Notes: generated from the sequence alone by a model not told the origin. DNA of 64,000 nt from an uncultured Lachnospiraceae bacterium (GCA_964424785.1 CAYRKA010000001.1:33416-97415), one strand, 5' to 3'; positions 41,016 through 50,777 are shown, counted from the first letter of the stretch. Numbers and translations: made by a program.

Positions 41016-41756
41016 ATGGGATGGATGGAGAGCCTGAGCGCGGAGTTCGAGAAAACCTTTATCCGCGACGACCGTTACAAGGTTTTCGTCACCGGCTTCA
41101 AGAATACGATTATCATTACCATCGTCGCGCTGCTCGTCGGCCTGGCCGGCGGTACGCTGATCGCGATGTTCCGATATGGTTTTACACAGATGAAAAAAAA
41201 GAAGGCGGTTACGCTTCCGGCGAAGCTGCTCTATGTGGTGCTCTGGGTGATCGATAAGGTGCTGGCGCTGTATGTCGCCGTGATGCGCGGCGTGCCGCTC
41301 GTCGTCCAGCTCCTGATCATGGCCTTTGTCGTGATGGCAGGCTTCCCGAACAAGCTCGTGGTCTGCTGCATCGCGATGGGGCTCAATTCGGCAGCATATG
41401 TCTCTGAGGTCGTGCGTGGCGGGATCAACGCCGTGGACGCGGGGCAGATGGAGGCCGGGCGTTCGCTCGGGCTTGGCGCTGCGGTGACGATTCTGTATAT
41501 TATCCTGCCGCAGGCGTTCAAGTCTGCGCTCCCGGCGCTCTGCAACGAGGGGATTGCGGTGCTCAAGGAGACGTCGGTGGTCGGCTACATCGCGGTCGTT
41601 GACCTGACGCGTGCATCGGACCTGGTGCGGAGCCGCACGATGTCGCCGCTGATGCCGCTGATGTTTATCGCGCTTGTTTATTTTGTCTGCGTTATGCTCC
41701 TGTCCTGGGGCGTAAGCATTCTGGAGAGGAGGCTGAAGCAGGGTGATCGAGGTTAA
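41016..41756 (+). CDS. Polar amino-acid ABC transporter permease
   Basis: [33 protein letters not shown] (EAA loop), LKETS. Confidence 0.92.
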   Translation: MGWMESLSAEFEKTFIRDDRYKVFVTGFKNTIIITIVALLVGLAGGTLIAMFRYGFTQMKKKKAVTLPAKLLYVVLWVIDKVLALYVAVMRGVPLVVQLLIMAFVVMAGFPNKLVVCCIAMGLNSAAYVSEVVRGGINAVDAGQMEAGRSLGLGAAVTILYIILPQAFKSALPALCNEGIAVLKETSVVGYIAVVDLTRASDLVRSRTMSPLMPLMFIALVYFVCVMLLSWGVSILERRLKQGDRG

Positions 41757-42465
41757 AGGGCTAAAAAAAGATTTCGATGGGCTCCAGGTCTTAAACGGAA
41801 TCGACTATACGATCAACCAGGGGGAGAAGATCGTCGTGGTCGGGCCAAGCGGATCCGGCAAGAGCACATTCCTGCGCTGCCTGAACCTGCTCGAGGAGCC
41901 GACAGGCGGGGAGGTCTGGTTCGACGGCATCAATATCACGGATCCGAAGAATGACATCAACAAGATGCGCCAGAAGATGGGGATGGTGTTCCAGCATTTC
42001 AACCTGTTCCCGCATATGACGGTTCTGGACAATATCACGTTTGCCCCGGTAAAGCTGAAGCTGCAGACGAAGACGGAGGCGGAGGAGAACGCGATGCGCC
42101 TCCTGAAACGCATCGGTCTGGAGGAGAAGGCAAGCGAATATCCGAACAGGCTTTCCGGCGGCCAGAAGCAGCGTATCGCGATCGTGCGCTCGCTTGCGAT
42201 GAACCCGGAGGTCATGCTTTTTGACGAGCCGACGTCGGCGCTCGACCCGGAGATGGTCGGTGAGGTGCTCGATCTGATCAGGGAGCTCGCGAAGGAGGGT
42301 ATGACGATGGTGATCGTCACGCACGAGATGGGCTTCGCGCGGGAGGTCGGCACGAAGGTGCTGTTTATCGACGATGGCGTGATCAAGGAAGAGAACACGC
42401 CGAAGGAATTCTTTGAGCACCCGCAGAATAAGAGGCTGCAGGAGTTTTTGTCGAAGGTATTGTAA
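41743..42465 (+). CDS. Polar amino-acid ABC transporter ATP-binding protein (GlnQ type)
   Basis: [39 protein letters not shown]; GTG start. Confidence 0.95.
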   Translation: MIEVKGLKKDFDGLQVLNGIDYTINQGEKIVVVGPSGSGKSTFLRCLNLLEEPTGGEVWFDGINITDPKNDINKMRQKMGMVFQHFNLFPHMTVLDNITFAPVKLKLQTKTEAEENAMRLLKRIGLEEKASEYPNRLSGGQKQRIAIVRSLAMNPEVMLFDEPTSALDPEMVGEVLDLIRELAKEGMTMVIVTHEMGFAREVGTKVLFIDDGVIKEENTPKEFFEHPQNKRLQEFLSKVL

Positions 42466-42503
42466 ATAAATAGAATGATTAAGACAGATGAGGAGACAGA
42501 CTT

Positions 42504-43274
42504 ATGTTTCAGAATGTAATTGTAAAGAGGCCATGCACCAGGATCACAGACGGCATCACTTCGGCCCCGGAGCTCGGCAAGCCGGATTATGAGCTTGCGC
42601 TCCGCCAGCACGACGCCTACATCAGGGCGCTTGAGAGCTGCGGCGTGCAGGTGACGGTGCTCCCGGCAGATGAGGCTTTCCCGGACTCCTGCTTTGTGGA
42701 GGATACGGCGGTGCTGACACGCAAATGCGCGGTTATCACGAACCCAGGCGCCCCGTCCCGCAACAAAGAGGCAGAGGCCATGATCCCGGTGATTAGACAA
42801 TTCTACAGTGAGGACTGCATCGAGTACATCAAGGCTCCGGGTACGCTCGAGGGCGGCGATGTCATGATGGTGGGTGACCACTTCTACGTGGGGCGCTCCG
42901 CGCGCACGAACGGGGAGGGCATCCGCCAGTTCATCGCGATCCTGGGGAAATACGGCCTGACCGGCTCGGAGGTGCCGCTCGAGAAAGTGCTTCACCTGAA
43001 GACCGGCGTCAACTACATCGAGAACAACAATATGCTCGTATCCGGCGAGTTCATCGACAAGCCGGACTTCGCGAAATATAATAAGTACGTGATCCCGGAG
43101 GACGAAGCGTACGCGGCAAACTGCATCTGGGTGAACGGCCATGTGATCGTCCCGGCGGGCTTTCCGAAGGTGGAGCAGATCGTGAAGGATGCGGGCTACG
43201 ACGTGATCCTCGTGGATACGTCGGAGTACCGCAAGATAGACGGGGGCCTGAGCTGCCTGAGCCTGAGATTCTAG
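42504..43274 (+). CDS. Dimethylarginine dimethylaminohydrolase (DDAH, amidinotransferase superfamily)
   Basis: FPDSCFVEDTAV, LEGGD, HLKTG, GGLSCLSLRF: intact Asp/His/Cys triad as in bacterial DDAH. Confidence 0.88.
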   Translation: MFQNVIVKRPCTRITDGITSAPELGKPDYELALRQHDAYIRALESCGVQVTVLPADEAFPDSCFVEDTAVLTRKCAVITNPGAPSRNKEAEAMIPVIRQFYSEDCIEYIKAPGTLEGGDVMMVGDHFYVGRSARTNGEGIRQFIAILGKYGLTGSEVPLEKVLHLKTGVNYIENNNMLVSGEFIDKPDFAKYNKYVIPEDEAYAANCIWVNGHVIVPAGFPKVEQIVKDAGYDVILVDTSEYRKIDGGLSCLSLRF

Positions 43275-43319
43275 TACATCGGAAATTAGATAACTGGTCA
43301 GATGACGCAGGATATATTT

Positions 43320-43387
43320 CTGAGAGCACCTATCAAAAAACGGAGGCATAGCGGGCTACGCTGAGTATTTTTGATAGGTGCTCTCAG
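43320..43387. repeat. Perfect 20-bp inverted repeat with a 28-nt spacer
   Basis: ctgagagcacctatcaaaaa (43320-43339) / tttttgataggtgctctcag (43368-43387). Confidence 0.9.
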
Positions 43388-43493
43388 GGAAATAGGCAAG
43401 TCATATGTGCCAGTTATTTTGTTTTCGATGTACTAGGATATTCTGTAGCCTGGGCGGCAGGGCCGTGGGCAGAGGACAGACAGGAGAGGGATC

Positions 43494-44864
43494 ATGCAGA
43501 TAAGGTTGGAAACGGTTTTGGGGTTGGGAGAATATGGGTTGAAGTATGACTGGTATCAGCTTCTGTGGCTGTTTCTGGTTTACTCAGTGCTGGGCTGGTG
43601 CGCGGGCGTCGCGTCAGCGGCTGTCAAACGTAAAAGGTTTATCAATACGGGTGTGCTGAACCTGCCGCTATGCCCGGTCTACGGCATTGCGGCGGTCAGC
43701 TACAGCATTTTTTTAAATGAGTTGAAGGACAGGCCGGTGTTCCTGTTCCTGGGCGGCATGGTGATCACGTCGTTCCTGATGGTCATCACAGGCGTCGTGC
43801 TGGAGCATATTTTCCACCGCAAGTGGTGGGATTACAGCGGGCGCCGCTTCGGCTTCGGCCAGTACATAACAGCGCCGCTGCTCGTATGCTACGGCGCAGG
43901 GACGATTTTCGTGCTGTGGCTCGGCAATCCACTGATCCTCAACATTGTAGCCCTGATCCCGCGCAGTGTCGGGCGCATCGTGGTGCTCGTCGTGGCTGCC
44001 TTTGTGCTCATCGACCTTTCAGGCGTGCTCGCCGTCGTCTGGAAATGGAGGCGGCATATCAAAAGGGTCGCTGAGCTGACCGACAATATGCAGCAGCTCT
44101 CTGTGACCTTCGGCAATGCGATTACGAATGCGATCCGCCGGAGGCTTGAGCATTCCTATTCCAACATTGAGACAAAGAAGCTTCTCGAGGCGAAGCCCAG
44201 GGAACAGGAACAGGAGCAGGGGAAATTCGCGGAAGGCTGGTGCTTTTACAAGTTCTTCGCGCTGTTCTTCATTGGTGCGTTCCTGGGTGACGTAGTCGAG
44301 ACAGTGTTTTGCCGTATCACGATGGGCTGGTGGATGAGCCGCAGCAGCGTTGTATATGGGCCGTTCAGCATCGTGTGGGGCCTGGGCTGTGCGATGCTGA
44401 CGGCATTCCTGTACCGCTACCGAGACAGGAGCGATGGCGCGATCTTTCTGTATGGGACGGTCGTCGGCGGCACCTACGAGTATTTGTGCAGTGTATTTAC
44501 GGAGATTGTGTTCGGTACGGTATTCTGGAGTTACAAGCATATCCCGTTCAATCTGGGCGGCAGGATCAATCTGCTGTTCTGCTTTTTCTGGGGCATTGTC
44601 GCGGTCGTGTGGCTGAAATATGTCTACCCGTTCCTGTCAAACAGGATCGAGAAAATACCGAAGAAGATCGGGAAGGCTCTGACCTGGGTACTGTTGGTGT
44701 TCATGATCTTTGACGCAGCGGTTTCTTCCCTCGCACTCGGGCGTTATTCGCAGAGGCAGAGGGGAGTGGAGGCGTCAACGCAGCTTGAGCAGGTGCTTGA
44801 CGAGCATTTCCCGGATGAGCGGATGGCAGAGATCTATCCGAAAGCGCAGCTTGTCAGGAAATGA
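43494..44864 (+). CDS. Putative ABC transporter permease (DUF1113/CmpB-like), two-domain membrane protein
   Basis: Duplicated pattern (YS.LGW..G..LCPVYG..KWWDYS; GAFLG..E..GPFS.VWG..FWSY...FNL.GRI). Confidence 0.75.
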   Translation: MQIRLETVLGLGEYGLKYDWYQLLWLFLVYSVLGWCAGVASAAVKRKRFINTGVLNLPLCPVYGIAAVSYSIFLNELKDRPVFLFLGGMVITSFLMVITGVVLEHIFHRKWWDYSGRRFGFGQYITAPLLVCYGAGTIFVLWLGNPLILNIVALIPRSVGRIVVLVVAAFVLIDLSGVLAVVWKWRRHIKRVAELTDNMQQLSVTFGNAITNAIRRRLEHSYSNIETKKLLEAKPREQEQEQGKFAEGWCFYKFFALFFIGAFLGDVVETVFCRITMGWWMSRSSVVYGPFSIVWGLGCAMLTAFLYRYRDRSDGAIFLYGTVVGGTYEYLCSVFTEIVFGTVFWSYKHIPFNLGGRINLLFCFFWGIVAVVWLKYVYPFLSNRIEKIPKKIGKALTWVLLVFMIFDAAVSSLALGRYSQRQRGVEASTQLEQVLDEHFPDERMAEIYPKAQLVRK

Positions 44865-44893
44865 CGGGCGGATAGGATCGATCTCCCCTGCCG
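44865..44893 (+). repeat. Dispersed two-hairpin element, truncated right module
   Basis: cgggcggataggatcgatctcccctgccg, immediately after the stop codon. Confidence 0.6.
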
Positions 44894-44920
44894 GCCGTCT
44901 GTAGAAAGGGGCGAAGTGTT

Positions 44921-46156
44921 ATGGATGGAAAACCAGGAAAAGAGGGCGGAGGAAAGCGGGATCTGAATGCGGATCTGACCCGCTGTGTCGCAGTATACAG
45001 CGTCCTTTCCGTGCATTTCCTGCTGAACAGCGGGTTTTACAGCGTGGCGGTTACGGGGGCGGATATGCTCATGATGTGCATGGTGCGCAGCCTGTTCATG
45101 ACTTGCGTGCCTCTTTTCCTTTTGCTGACCGGTTATCTGATGAGCCATAAGACGTTGTCGCGGCAATATTACAGAGGCATCCGGAAGACGGCCGAAATAT
45201 ATGTGCTCGCAAGCATCGCCTGCCTGCTGTTCAAAAAGTTCTGGCTTGAAAATGATGTGACGCTTAAGACGGCGGCGCTCGACATCCTTGATTATGACGG
45301 GGCAAATTATGCCTGGTATATTGAGATGTATATCGGCTTGTTCCTGATGATCCCGTTCCTGAATCTCGCGTACAACGGCCTGAAGTCAAAGCGGGAGAAG
45401 CAGGTGCTTGTGTGGACTATGATTGCAATCACGATGCTGCCGAAGCTGCTGAACAATTTTGACTTCCGCACGCCGGGCTGGTGGGGGAATCCTTCGTCAT
45501 CGACGAAGTATGACCCGCTCGTCCCCGGATTTTTCACGGCGATGTATCCGGTTACATATTATTTTATCGGTGCTTATCTGCGCGAATTCGGGTACGCCAG
45601 TGCAGCCGGAAGCCGGTTGACGGACGTGGGTTCCGGCTGCGTGCAGTTGCCGGAAAAAGAGGATGGCCGTCCGGGGGAGACAGAGGGCGGTACAGTACGG
45701 CATTCAGGCAGCGGAACGGAGAGGCTCTGGCTGCGCCGTACCGTGAATGTGCTCCTGTTCCTCCTTGCTGTGGCGGCATTTGGCTGCTACAATTTCTGGC
45801 GCAGCGATGGCGGTTCGTTCGTCTGGGCGGCGAACAGCACCTGGGGAGGGGAGAACCTGATCACGGCGTACCTGGAATTCTCGCTCCTGCTTTCCCTGCA
45901 CCCGGACAGGCTCCCGCGTGCACTGCAGGCTGTCATGATTTATATTTCGAAAATTTCCCTGGGCATCTACCTGGTTTCCTGGATTTTTGACAAGCTGATT
46001 TACGCACTGCTCAAGGCATACGTGCCGGCTGCGAATGACCGCTGGCCTTATTATTTCATCGTCGTGCCTGCTGTCTTTCTCTGTTCGGTGGCCGGTGCAT
46101 CGCTGCTGTATCTGATCCGGTTGCTGCTTGCAGGGCGGAGGGGCCATGAATTGTAA
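44921..46156 (+). CDS. Acyltransferase family 3 membrane protein
   Basis: DLTRCVA...VH, CVPLF.LLTGY, WYIEMYIGLF..IPFL, SLGIYL; about 10 TM helices. Confidence 0.85.
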   Translation: MDGKPGKEGGGKRDLNADLTRCVAVYSVLSVHFLLNSGFYSVAVTGADMLMMCMVRSLFMTCVPLFLLLTGYLMSHKTLSRQYYRGIRKTAEIYVLASIACLLFKKFWLENDVTLKTAALDILDYDGANYAWYIEMYIGLFLMIPFLNLAYNGLKSKREKQVLVWTMIAITMLPKLLNNFDFRTPGWWGNPSSSTKYDPLVPGFFTAMYPVTYYFIGAYLREFGYASAAGSRLTDVGSGCVQLPEKEDGRPGETEGGTVRHSGSGTERLWLRRTVNVLLFLLAVAAFGCYNFWRSDGGSFVWAANSTWGGENLITAYLEFSLLLSLHPDRLPRALQAVMIYISKISLGIYLVSWIFDKLIYALLKAYVPAANDRWPYYFIVVPAVFLCSVAGASLLYLIRLLLAGRRGHEL

Positions 46157-46179
46157 CAAGACTTTGGTTGTTTCCGGGT

Positions 46180-46208
46180 TTGACAAACAACGTATCATAC
46201 TGTATACT
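46180..46208 (+). promoter_or_regulatory. Sigma70 promoter of the cell-wall-binding SGNH gene
   Basis: TTGACA-N17-TATACT. Confidence 0.75.
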
Positions 46209-46248
46209 CATTCTGACGGATATTATATGAAACGGAAGGAGAACAGTT

Positions 46249-47499
46249 GTGATTCGTTACATAAAAAAATGTCTGCTTTTTTTTGCACTGATTTTGAGCG
46301 TATTTTGTATAACAGCCACGTCGGATGCGGCCGGGAGTACAGCTGTCGCCCAGGAGAGTGCATCTTCCGCCGGACAGACAGCGGACGGCAGATGGGTCAC
46401 TTCATCAAAGGGCAGGCGGTATCGTTTTCCCGATGGGACGTATGCGAAAAATATGTGGCTGCAGGTTGGAGGCGGCATATATCGCCTGGACAAGAAGGGA
46501 TATTGCCGGACAGGCTGGTTCACGCAGTCGAAGAAGCTATACTATGCGTCGAAGACAGGTAAGCTATATGTCAATCGTTTTCTTCAGGATGCGGACGGCA
46601 AATACTGGTTTGGGAGCACGGGAGTGTGCGCGCAGAAGCAGTGGGTTATCCGAAAGGGCAGGCGGTATTACGCGACAAAGAGCGGGAAGCTGGTTCTGAA
46701 TAAGATGTTTAAGATCGGAGGAAAGTATTATTATTTCAACAGCAAGGGCGTGATGGCGAAGTCCAGCTGGGTGACAGTCAGCGGTAAGAAATATTATTTC
46801 AACAAAAGTGGCGTGCGTGTGCAGAAGAGATGGCTGAAGCTCGGCGGGAAATATTATTATTTCAGCTCAGGCGGCGTGCTGCAGACGAACCGTTGGGTAG
46901 GCGACTATTACGTCGGAGCGGACGGGGCGCGGAAGACAAACTGCACGGTTGACGGCATTACGCTCGACGGGAATGGGAAGCCTGTGGAGGCCGGGGAGGG
47001 CGGCGATTACATTTTTGTCGGTGATTCCCGGATGGTCGGGATGAAGGCTGCGCGTCCGGAATCCAATACGGCTTATATCGCAGAGGTCGGGATGGGCTAC
47101 TCCTGGCTTACGTCGACAGCGCGCAGGAAGCTCGCATCGGGTCTTGCGGCGAAGCCGTATGCGACAGTTGTGCTTGCACTCGGTGTGAATGACCTGGGTA
47201 ACTGTACCAGATATATCGCATACTATAAGAAGTTGATCAGCAGTTATCCCAAAGCAACGTTTTATGTGCTGTCCGTGAACCCGGTCGACGAGAAAAAGGA
47301 AGCACAGTATGGTTACACAGTGAAGAATACCGATATCAAAGCCTTCAATAAGAAACTGAAGGCCGCTTTCGGTTCTTCCTATCTCAATTCTTACAGCTAT
47401 TTGAAGAAGCGTACGTTTAATTCGCGGGACGGAGTGCATTATACTACGGATGTCTACAGCGATTTGTATGACTTTATCCTGAATAAAATCAATTCATAA
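46249..47499 (+). CDS. Secreted protein with choline/cell-wall-binding repeats and a C-terminal SGNH/GDSL hydrolase domain
   Basis: Signal peptide; about 8 W....G..YYF repeats; GDSR, LGVND, SVNP, DGVHY motifs; GTG start. Confidence 0.85.
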   Translation: MIRYIKKCLLFFALILSVFCITATSDAAGSTAVAQESASSAGQTADGRWVTSSKGRRYRFPDGTYAKNMWLQVGGGIYRLDKKGYCRTGWFTQSKKLYYASKTGKLYVNRFLQDADGKYWFGSTGVCAQKQWVIRKGRRYYATKSGKLVLNKMFKIGGKYYYFNSKGVMAKSSWVTVSGKKYYFNKSGVRVQKRWLKLGGKYYYFSSGGVLQTNRWVGDYYVGADGARKTNCTVDGITLDGNGKPVEAGEGGDYIFVGDSRMVGMKAARPESNTAYIAEVGMGYSWLTSTARRKLASGLAAKPYATVVLALGVNDLGNCTRYIAYYKKLISSYPKATFYVLSVNPVDEKKEAQYGYTVKNTDIKAFNKKLKAAFGSSYLNSYSYLKKRTFNSRDGVHYTTDVYSDLYDFILNKINS

Positions 47500-47516
47500 C
47501 TGATCAGTAGCTTGTT

Positions 47517-47552
47517 TGCTGCGTCAGCAGCAATATTTCATTCATGGGCCGA
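47517..47552 (-). repeat. Dispersed two-hairpin element, left-hairpin copy
   Basis: Reverse complement gaaatattgctgctgacgcagca is 22/23 identical to 21329-21351. Confidence 0.7.
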
Positions 47553-47594
47553 CGCTGCAGGGAATGACGAAAGCCGTTTCCTGTAGCTGTGCCT

Positions 47595-48107
47595 TCAGAG
47601 CAGCTCTTTCATGACAAATTCATAGATCTGCTGGCATTTTTCTTTCCAGTTGCGGCAGACTGTCTTTGCCTGCGATTCATCCGGCACCGTGATGGTCAGG
47701 TCAATCGGGTTGGCATATTTTTCCTTGACGACACAGTGTACAGAATATTCATCCGCTGTATTTTTGTAATAATCGGCCAGTATAGAGACTTCATCTCGCA
47801 TACGCATCCTGTTTTCATCGATATACTCGTCAATTTCTTCGCGTATTTCATGTGAAATCCGATTCTGGAAATAGTGAAGTGCCTCCGCGCCGGAGTCCGT
47901 CAGTCTGTAGTAGGAACAGTTGCGGATAGTCTCCTGACGGATCATATTACCCTCAGAAAGTTCGGAAAATACGGATTGAAGCGTAAAATAGGTCGTATAG
48001 CCCCGATCCAGGATGAAAGCGGAAATCTGCGCGTTCGTAAGCGGAAAGTCAACCTTGTGCAGCATATAGAGCACGATCAGCTTGTAAAGAGTAAAAGGTT
48101 CGGGCAT
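47595..48107 (-). CDS. DUF4364 family protein
   Basis: LYKLIVLYML.KVDFPLTN.QI...YFTLQ..L; AAGGAGG SD. Confidence 0.85.
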   Translation of the reverse strand: MPEPFTLYKLIVLYMLHKVDFPLTNAQISAFILDRGYTTYFTLQSVFSELSEGNMIRQETIRNCSYYRLTDSGAEALHYFQNRISHEIREEIDEYIDENRMRMRDEVSILADYYKNTADEYSVHCVVKEKYANPIDLTITVPDESQAKTVCRNWKEKCQQIYEFVMKELL

Positions 48108-48249
48108 GAGGATTCCTCCTTAAGTATTATGTATGTTGTACCAGACGGATGCTGCCTCTGTGAAACGCGCTGGATTGAATATATGCGTATACCCAGGGGC
48201 ATTCGTGAATACATGCCCTGCGGGCGGGCGGACACTTCGTGTCCGATAA

Positions 48250-48278
48250 AGTATACCATTTTCGGCAATTTTAGTAAA
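48250..48278 (-). promoter_or_regulatory. Sigma70 promoter of the DUF4364 gene
   Basis: TTTACT-N17-TATACT with extended TG on the minus strand. Confidence 0.55.
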
Positions 48279-48411
48279 GCGGTCAGGAAACGGAAATGTA
48301 TACATATTTTTTTGGCGTGCTGTTAAAAATAAGAGAAACACAGGGCATTTGTGAAGCTGTCGGAACGACGAAAGACGTTTCCCGCACAATAAAAGACGAA
48401 GGAGAGCGGTC

Positions 48412-49365
48412 ATGATGGGCAATTTTCAGATACGGACGGATCTGGCGCTTGAGGCGCGTGAGAGCTGTGAGGCAGATCATGTAAGGATACGAGGTGTGAG
48501 AGTCAGGGAGGAGACCGACGAAAAGAGGGAGATCTTTACGACAACGGTTCTGATCGAGACGGAGAACGGCGCAAAGACGCTCGGAAAACCTGTCGGCACG
48601 TATATTACGATGGAGGCGCCGAATATGTCAACACCTGATGAGGGATACCACCGGGAAATATCGGAGGAGCTGGCCCGCCATCTCGGGAAGCTGATGGGGG
48701 AGAGGAGAAGCTCCGTCCTGGTGGTCGGGCTTGGGAACCGGGAGGTTACACCGGACGCGCTCGGGCCGGATGTCGTCAGTAACCTGCATATCACGAGGCA
48801 CATGATCCGGGAGTACGGGCGCGTCGGCGCACAGCTGGAGAAGGCAGGGGAGATCAGCGCGGTCGTTCCGGGGGTGATGGCGCAGACAGGGATGGAAACG
48901 CTCGAGATCATCAGGGGCGTTGTCCGGGAGACGAAGCCGGAGCAGGTGATCGCAATCGATGCGCTGGCTGCGCGCAGCACAAAGAGGCTGAACCGGACGA
49001 TCCAGATCACCGATACAGGGATCAACCCGGGTTCGGGCGTCGGCAACCACCGCCATGCGATTAATGAAGAAACGCTTGGCGTGCCGGTGATCGCGGTCGG
49101 TGTGCCGACTGTCGTAGATGCGGCAACGATTGTGAATGATACGCTTGAGGAGCTGGTCACAGAGATGGACAACTCCGAGAGGATGCAGCAGCTTGGCGGG
49201 ACACTTGGCACACTGAACCGGGCGGAGAAGCATCAAATGATACGGGAACTCATTTCACCGCATCTGAATACGATGTTTGTGACACCGAAGGATATCGACG
49301 AGACCGTCAAATACCTGAGCTATACAATTTCTGAGGGACTGAATCTGGCATTTTCAAGAGAATGA
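48412..49365 (+). CDS. gpr: Spore germination protease (GPR endopeptidase)
   Basis: RTDLALEA, VGLGNREVTPDALGP, IAIDALAARS, DTGINPGSGVGN, VGVPTVVDA, VTPKDID. Confidence 0.95.
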   Translation: MMGNFQIRTDLALEARESCEADHVRIRGVRVREETDEKREIFTTTVLIETENGAKTLGKPVGTYITMEAPNMSTPDEGYHREISEELARHLGKLMGERRSSVLVVGLGNREVTPDALGPDVVSNLHITRHMIREYGRVGAQLEKAGEISAVVPGVMAQTGMETLEIIRGVVRETKPEQVIAIDALAARSTKRLNRTIQITDTGINPGSGVGNHRHAINEETLGVPVIAVGVPTVVDAATIVNDTLEELVTEMDNSERMQQLGGTLGTLNRAEKHQMIRELISPHLNTMFVTPKDIDETVKYLSYTISEGLNLAFSRE

Positions 49366-49443
49366 GGAAAAGAAAGAGCAGGATAACCGTGAAGGGACCG
49401 AACAGCTACTGAGCAGGAATGAGTATGAGAAACTACAGGTTGT

Positions 49444-49474
49444 CCGCATAGACGGTTTGTTTACAGCATATAAT
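49444..49474 (+). promoter_or_regulatory. Candidate sporulation sigma (SigE-type) promoter of spoIIP
   Basis: ATA-N16-CATATAAT upstream of a mother-cell engulfment gene. Confidence 0.5.
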
Positions 49475-49538
49475 GATAGAAGCAGAAACCATTGGTATCA
49501 TGCAGACGCAAATATGGACGTAGAAAGGCGGGAGGCAT

Positions 49539-50777
49539 GTGCGCAGAGATGGCTGGCTGCAGAAGCTTCTGTATCGGATGATTGCGGCACTCGCATTTTA
49601 TATAGTGTGCAAAGGAATTTACCTGCTAGGCAACAGCAGCGGTGTGCAGGGTGTGCTGGATGACGGAACATTACAACGGTCGCTCGAGGATGCGGCAGTG
49701 CGCACGTGGGCTCCGGGTTATGCAGCTGCGGTAGAGAAACAGGAGCAGCCGGACTGGATGGCCATTTGGATGGAGCAGGTTGCGCCTGTAGCCAGCTATC
49801 TGGCAGTCGGACAGGCCGGGGAAACGGAGCAAATGCCTGATGAAACAGTGTCAGAGCAGACAGAGATCATACCGGATGACGCAGCATCGGAGCAGGCGGA
49901 GATAACGGCGGATGATACAGTATCAGAGCAGACAGAGACAATGCCGGATGATATCGTGTCAGCGCAGATGGAGACAGTACGTGAAGCTGTGTCTCATTCT
50001 GTGTCGGACGGGTTTCTGGCACAGCTTGAGGATTTTGAGTTTCTGCTGTCCAATTATTTTACGGTCGATCCGGGGACGACGGCGGACAGCGAACTGCTCG
50101 ATATTGATACATTGCTCGCGGAAGACCTGAGCATTGTACAGGATCCGCAGTCGCCGCAGATTCTGATTTATCATACACATTCCCAGGAAGCGTTCGCTGA
50201 TTCGCGGGAGGGCGTGACGGCAGACACGATTGTCGGGATGGGGGATGTACTCGCAGAGGAACTCGCTGCATATGGTTACAATGTCATTCATGATACCGGC
50301 GTATATGACCTTGTGGATGGAGAACTTGACCGCAGCGCGGCTTATGATTACGCGCGTGATGCCGTGAGCAGGATACTGGAGGAGCATCCGACAATTGAGG
50401 TGGTGATCGACCTGCACCGCGACGGCGTGGATGGGCAGAAGCTGGTGACGGAGATTGAAGGCAGGCCGACCTCAATGATCATGTTTTTCAACGGAATTTC
50501 ACGCAATAACCTGGACGAGCCGCTTCCGTGGCTGGAAAATCCATACATAAAACAGAACCTTGCATTTTCCATGCAGCTTGAACTGAAAGCGCGCGACCAG
50601 TATCCAGGCTTTACACGCAATATTTATCTGAAGGCGGAGCGGTTCAATCTGCATCTGCGGCCCCGCTCCCTATTGATCGAGGCAGGGACGCAGCTCAATA
50701 CGGTCGAAGAAGAAAAAAATGCGATGCCGCCGCTTGCTGATCTGCTGAATCAGGTACTAAGCGGCGCCAAAGAATGA
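49539..50777 (+). CDS. spoIIP: Stage II sporulation protein P
   Basis: ILIYHTHSQE, VIDLHRDG, RFNLHL.PRSLLIEAG; follows gpr. Confidence 0.93.
   Translation: MRRDGWLQKLLYRMIAALAFYIVCKGIYLLGNSSGVQGVLDDGTLQRSLEDAAVRTWAPGYAAAVEKQEQPDWMAIWMEQVAPVASYLAVGQAGETEQMPDETVSEQTEIIPDDAASEQAEITADDTVSEQTETMPDDIVSAQMETVREAVSHSVSDGFLAQLEDFEFLLSNYFTVDPGTTADSELLDIDTLLAEDLSIVQDPQSPQILIYHTHSQEAFADSREGVTADTIVGMGDVLAEELAAYGYNVIHDTGVYDLVDGELDRSAAYDYARDAVSRILEEHPTIEVVIDLHRDGVDGQKLVTEIEGRPTSMIMFFNGISRNNLDEPLPWLENPYIKQNLAFSMQLELKARDQYPGFTRNIYLKAERFNLHLRPRSLLIEAGTQLNTVEEEKNAMPPLADLLNQVLSGAKE
49833..49976 (+). repeat. In-frame degenerate tandem repeat, 4 x 36 bp (MPDETVSEQTEI-like)
   Basis: Units at 49833, 49869, 49905, 49941. 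Confidence 0.85.

Noticed and set aside
46262-46284. A7 and T8 runs at the start of the SGNH gene as phase-variation tracts
   Set aside because: Too short; similar runs occur elsewhere (about 41193, about 50713) without other support.
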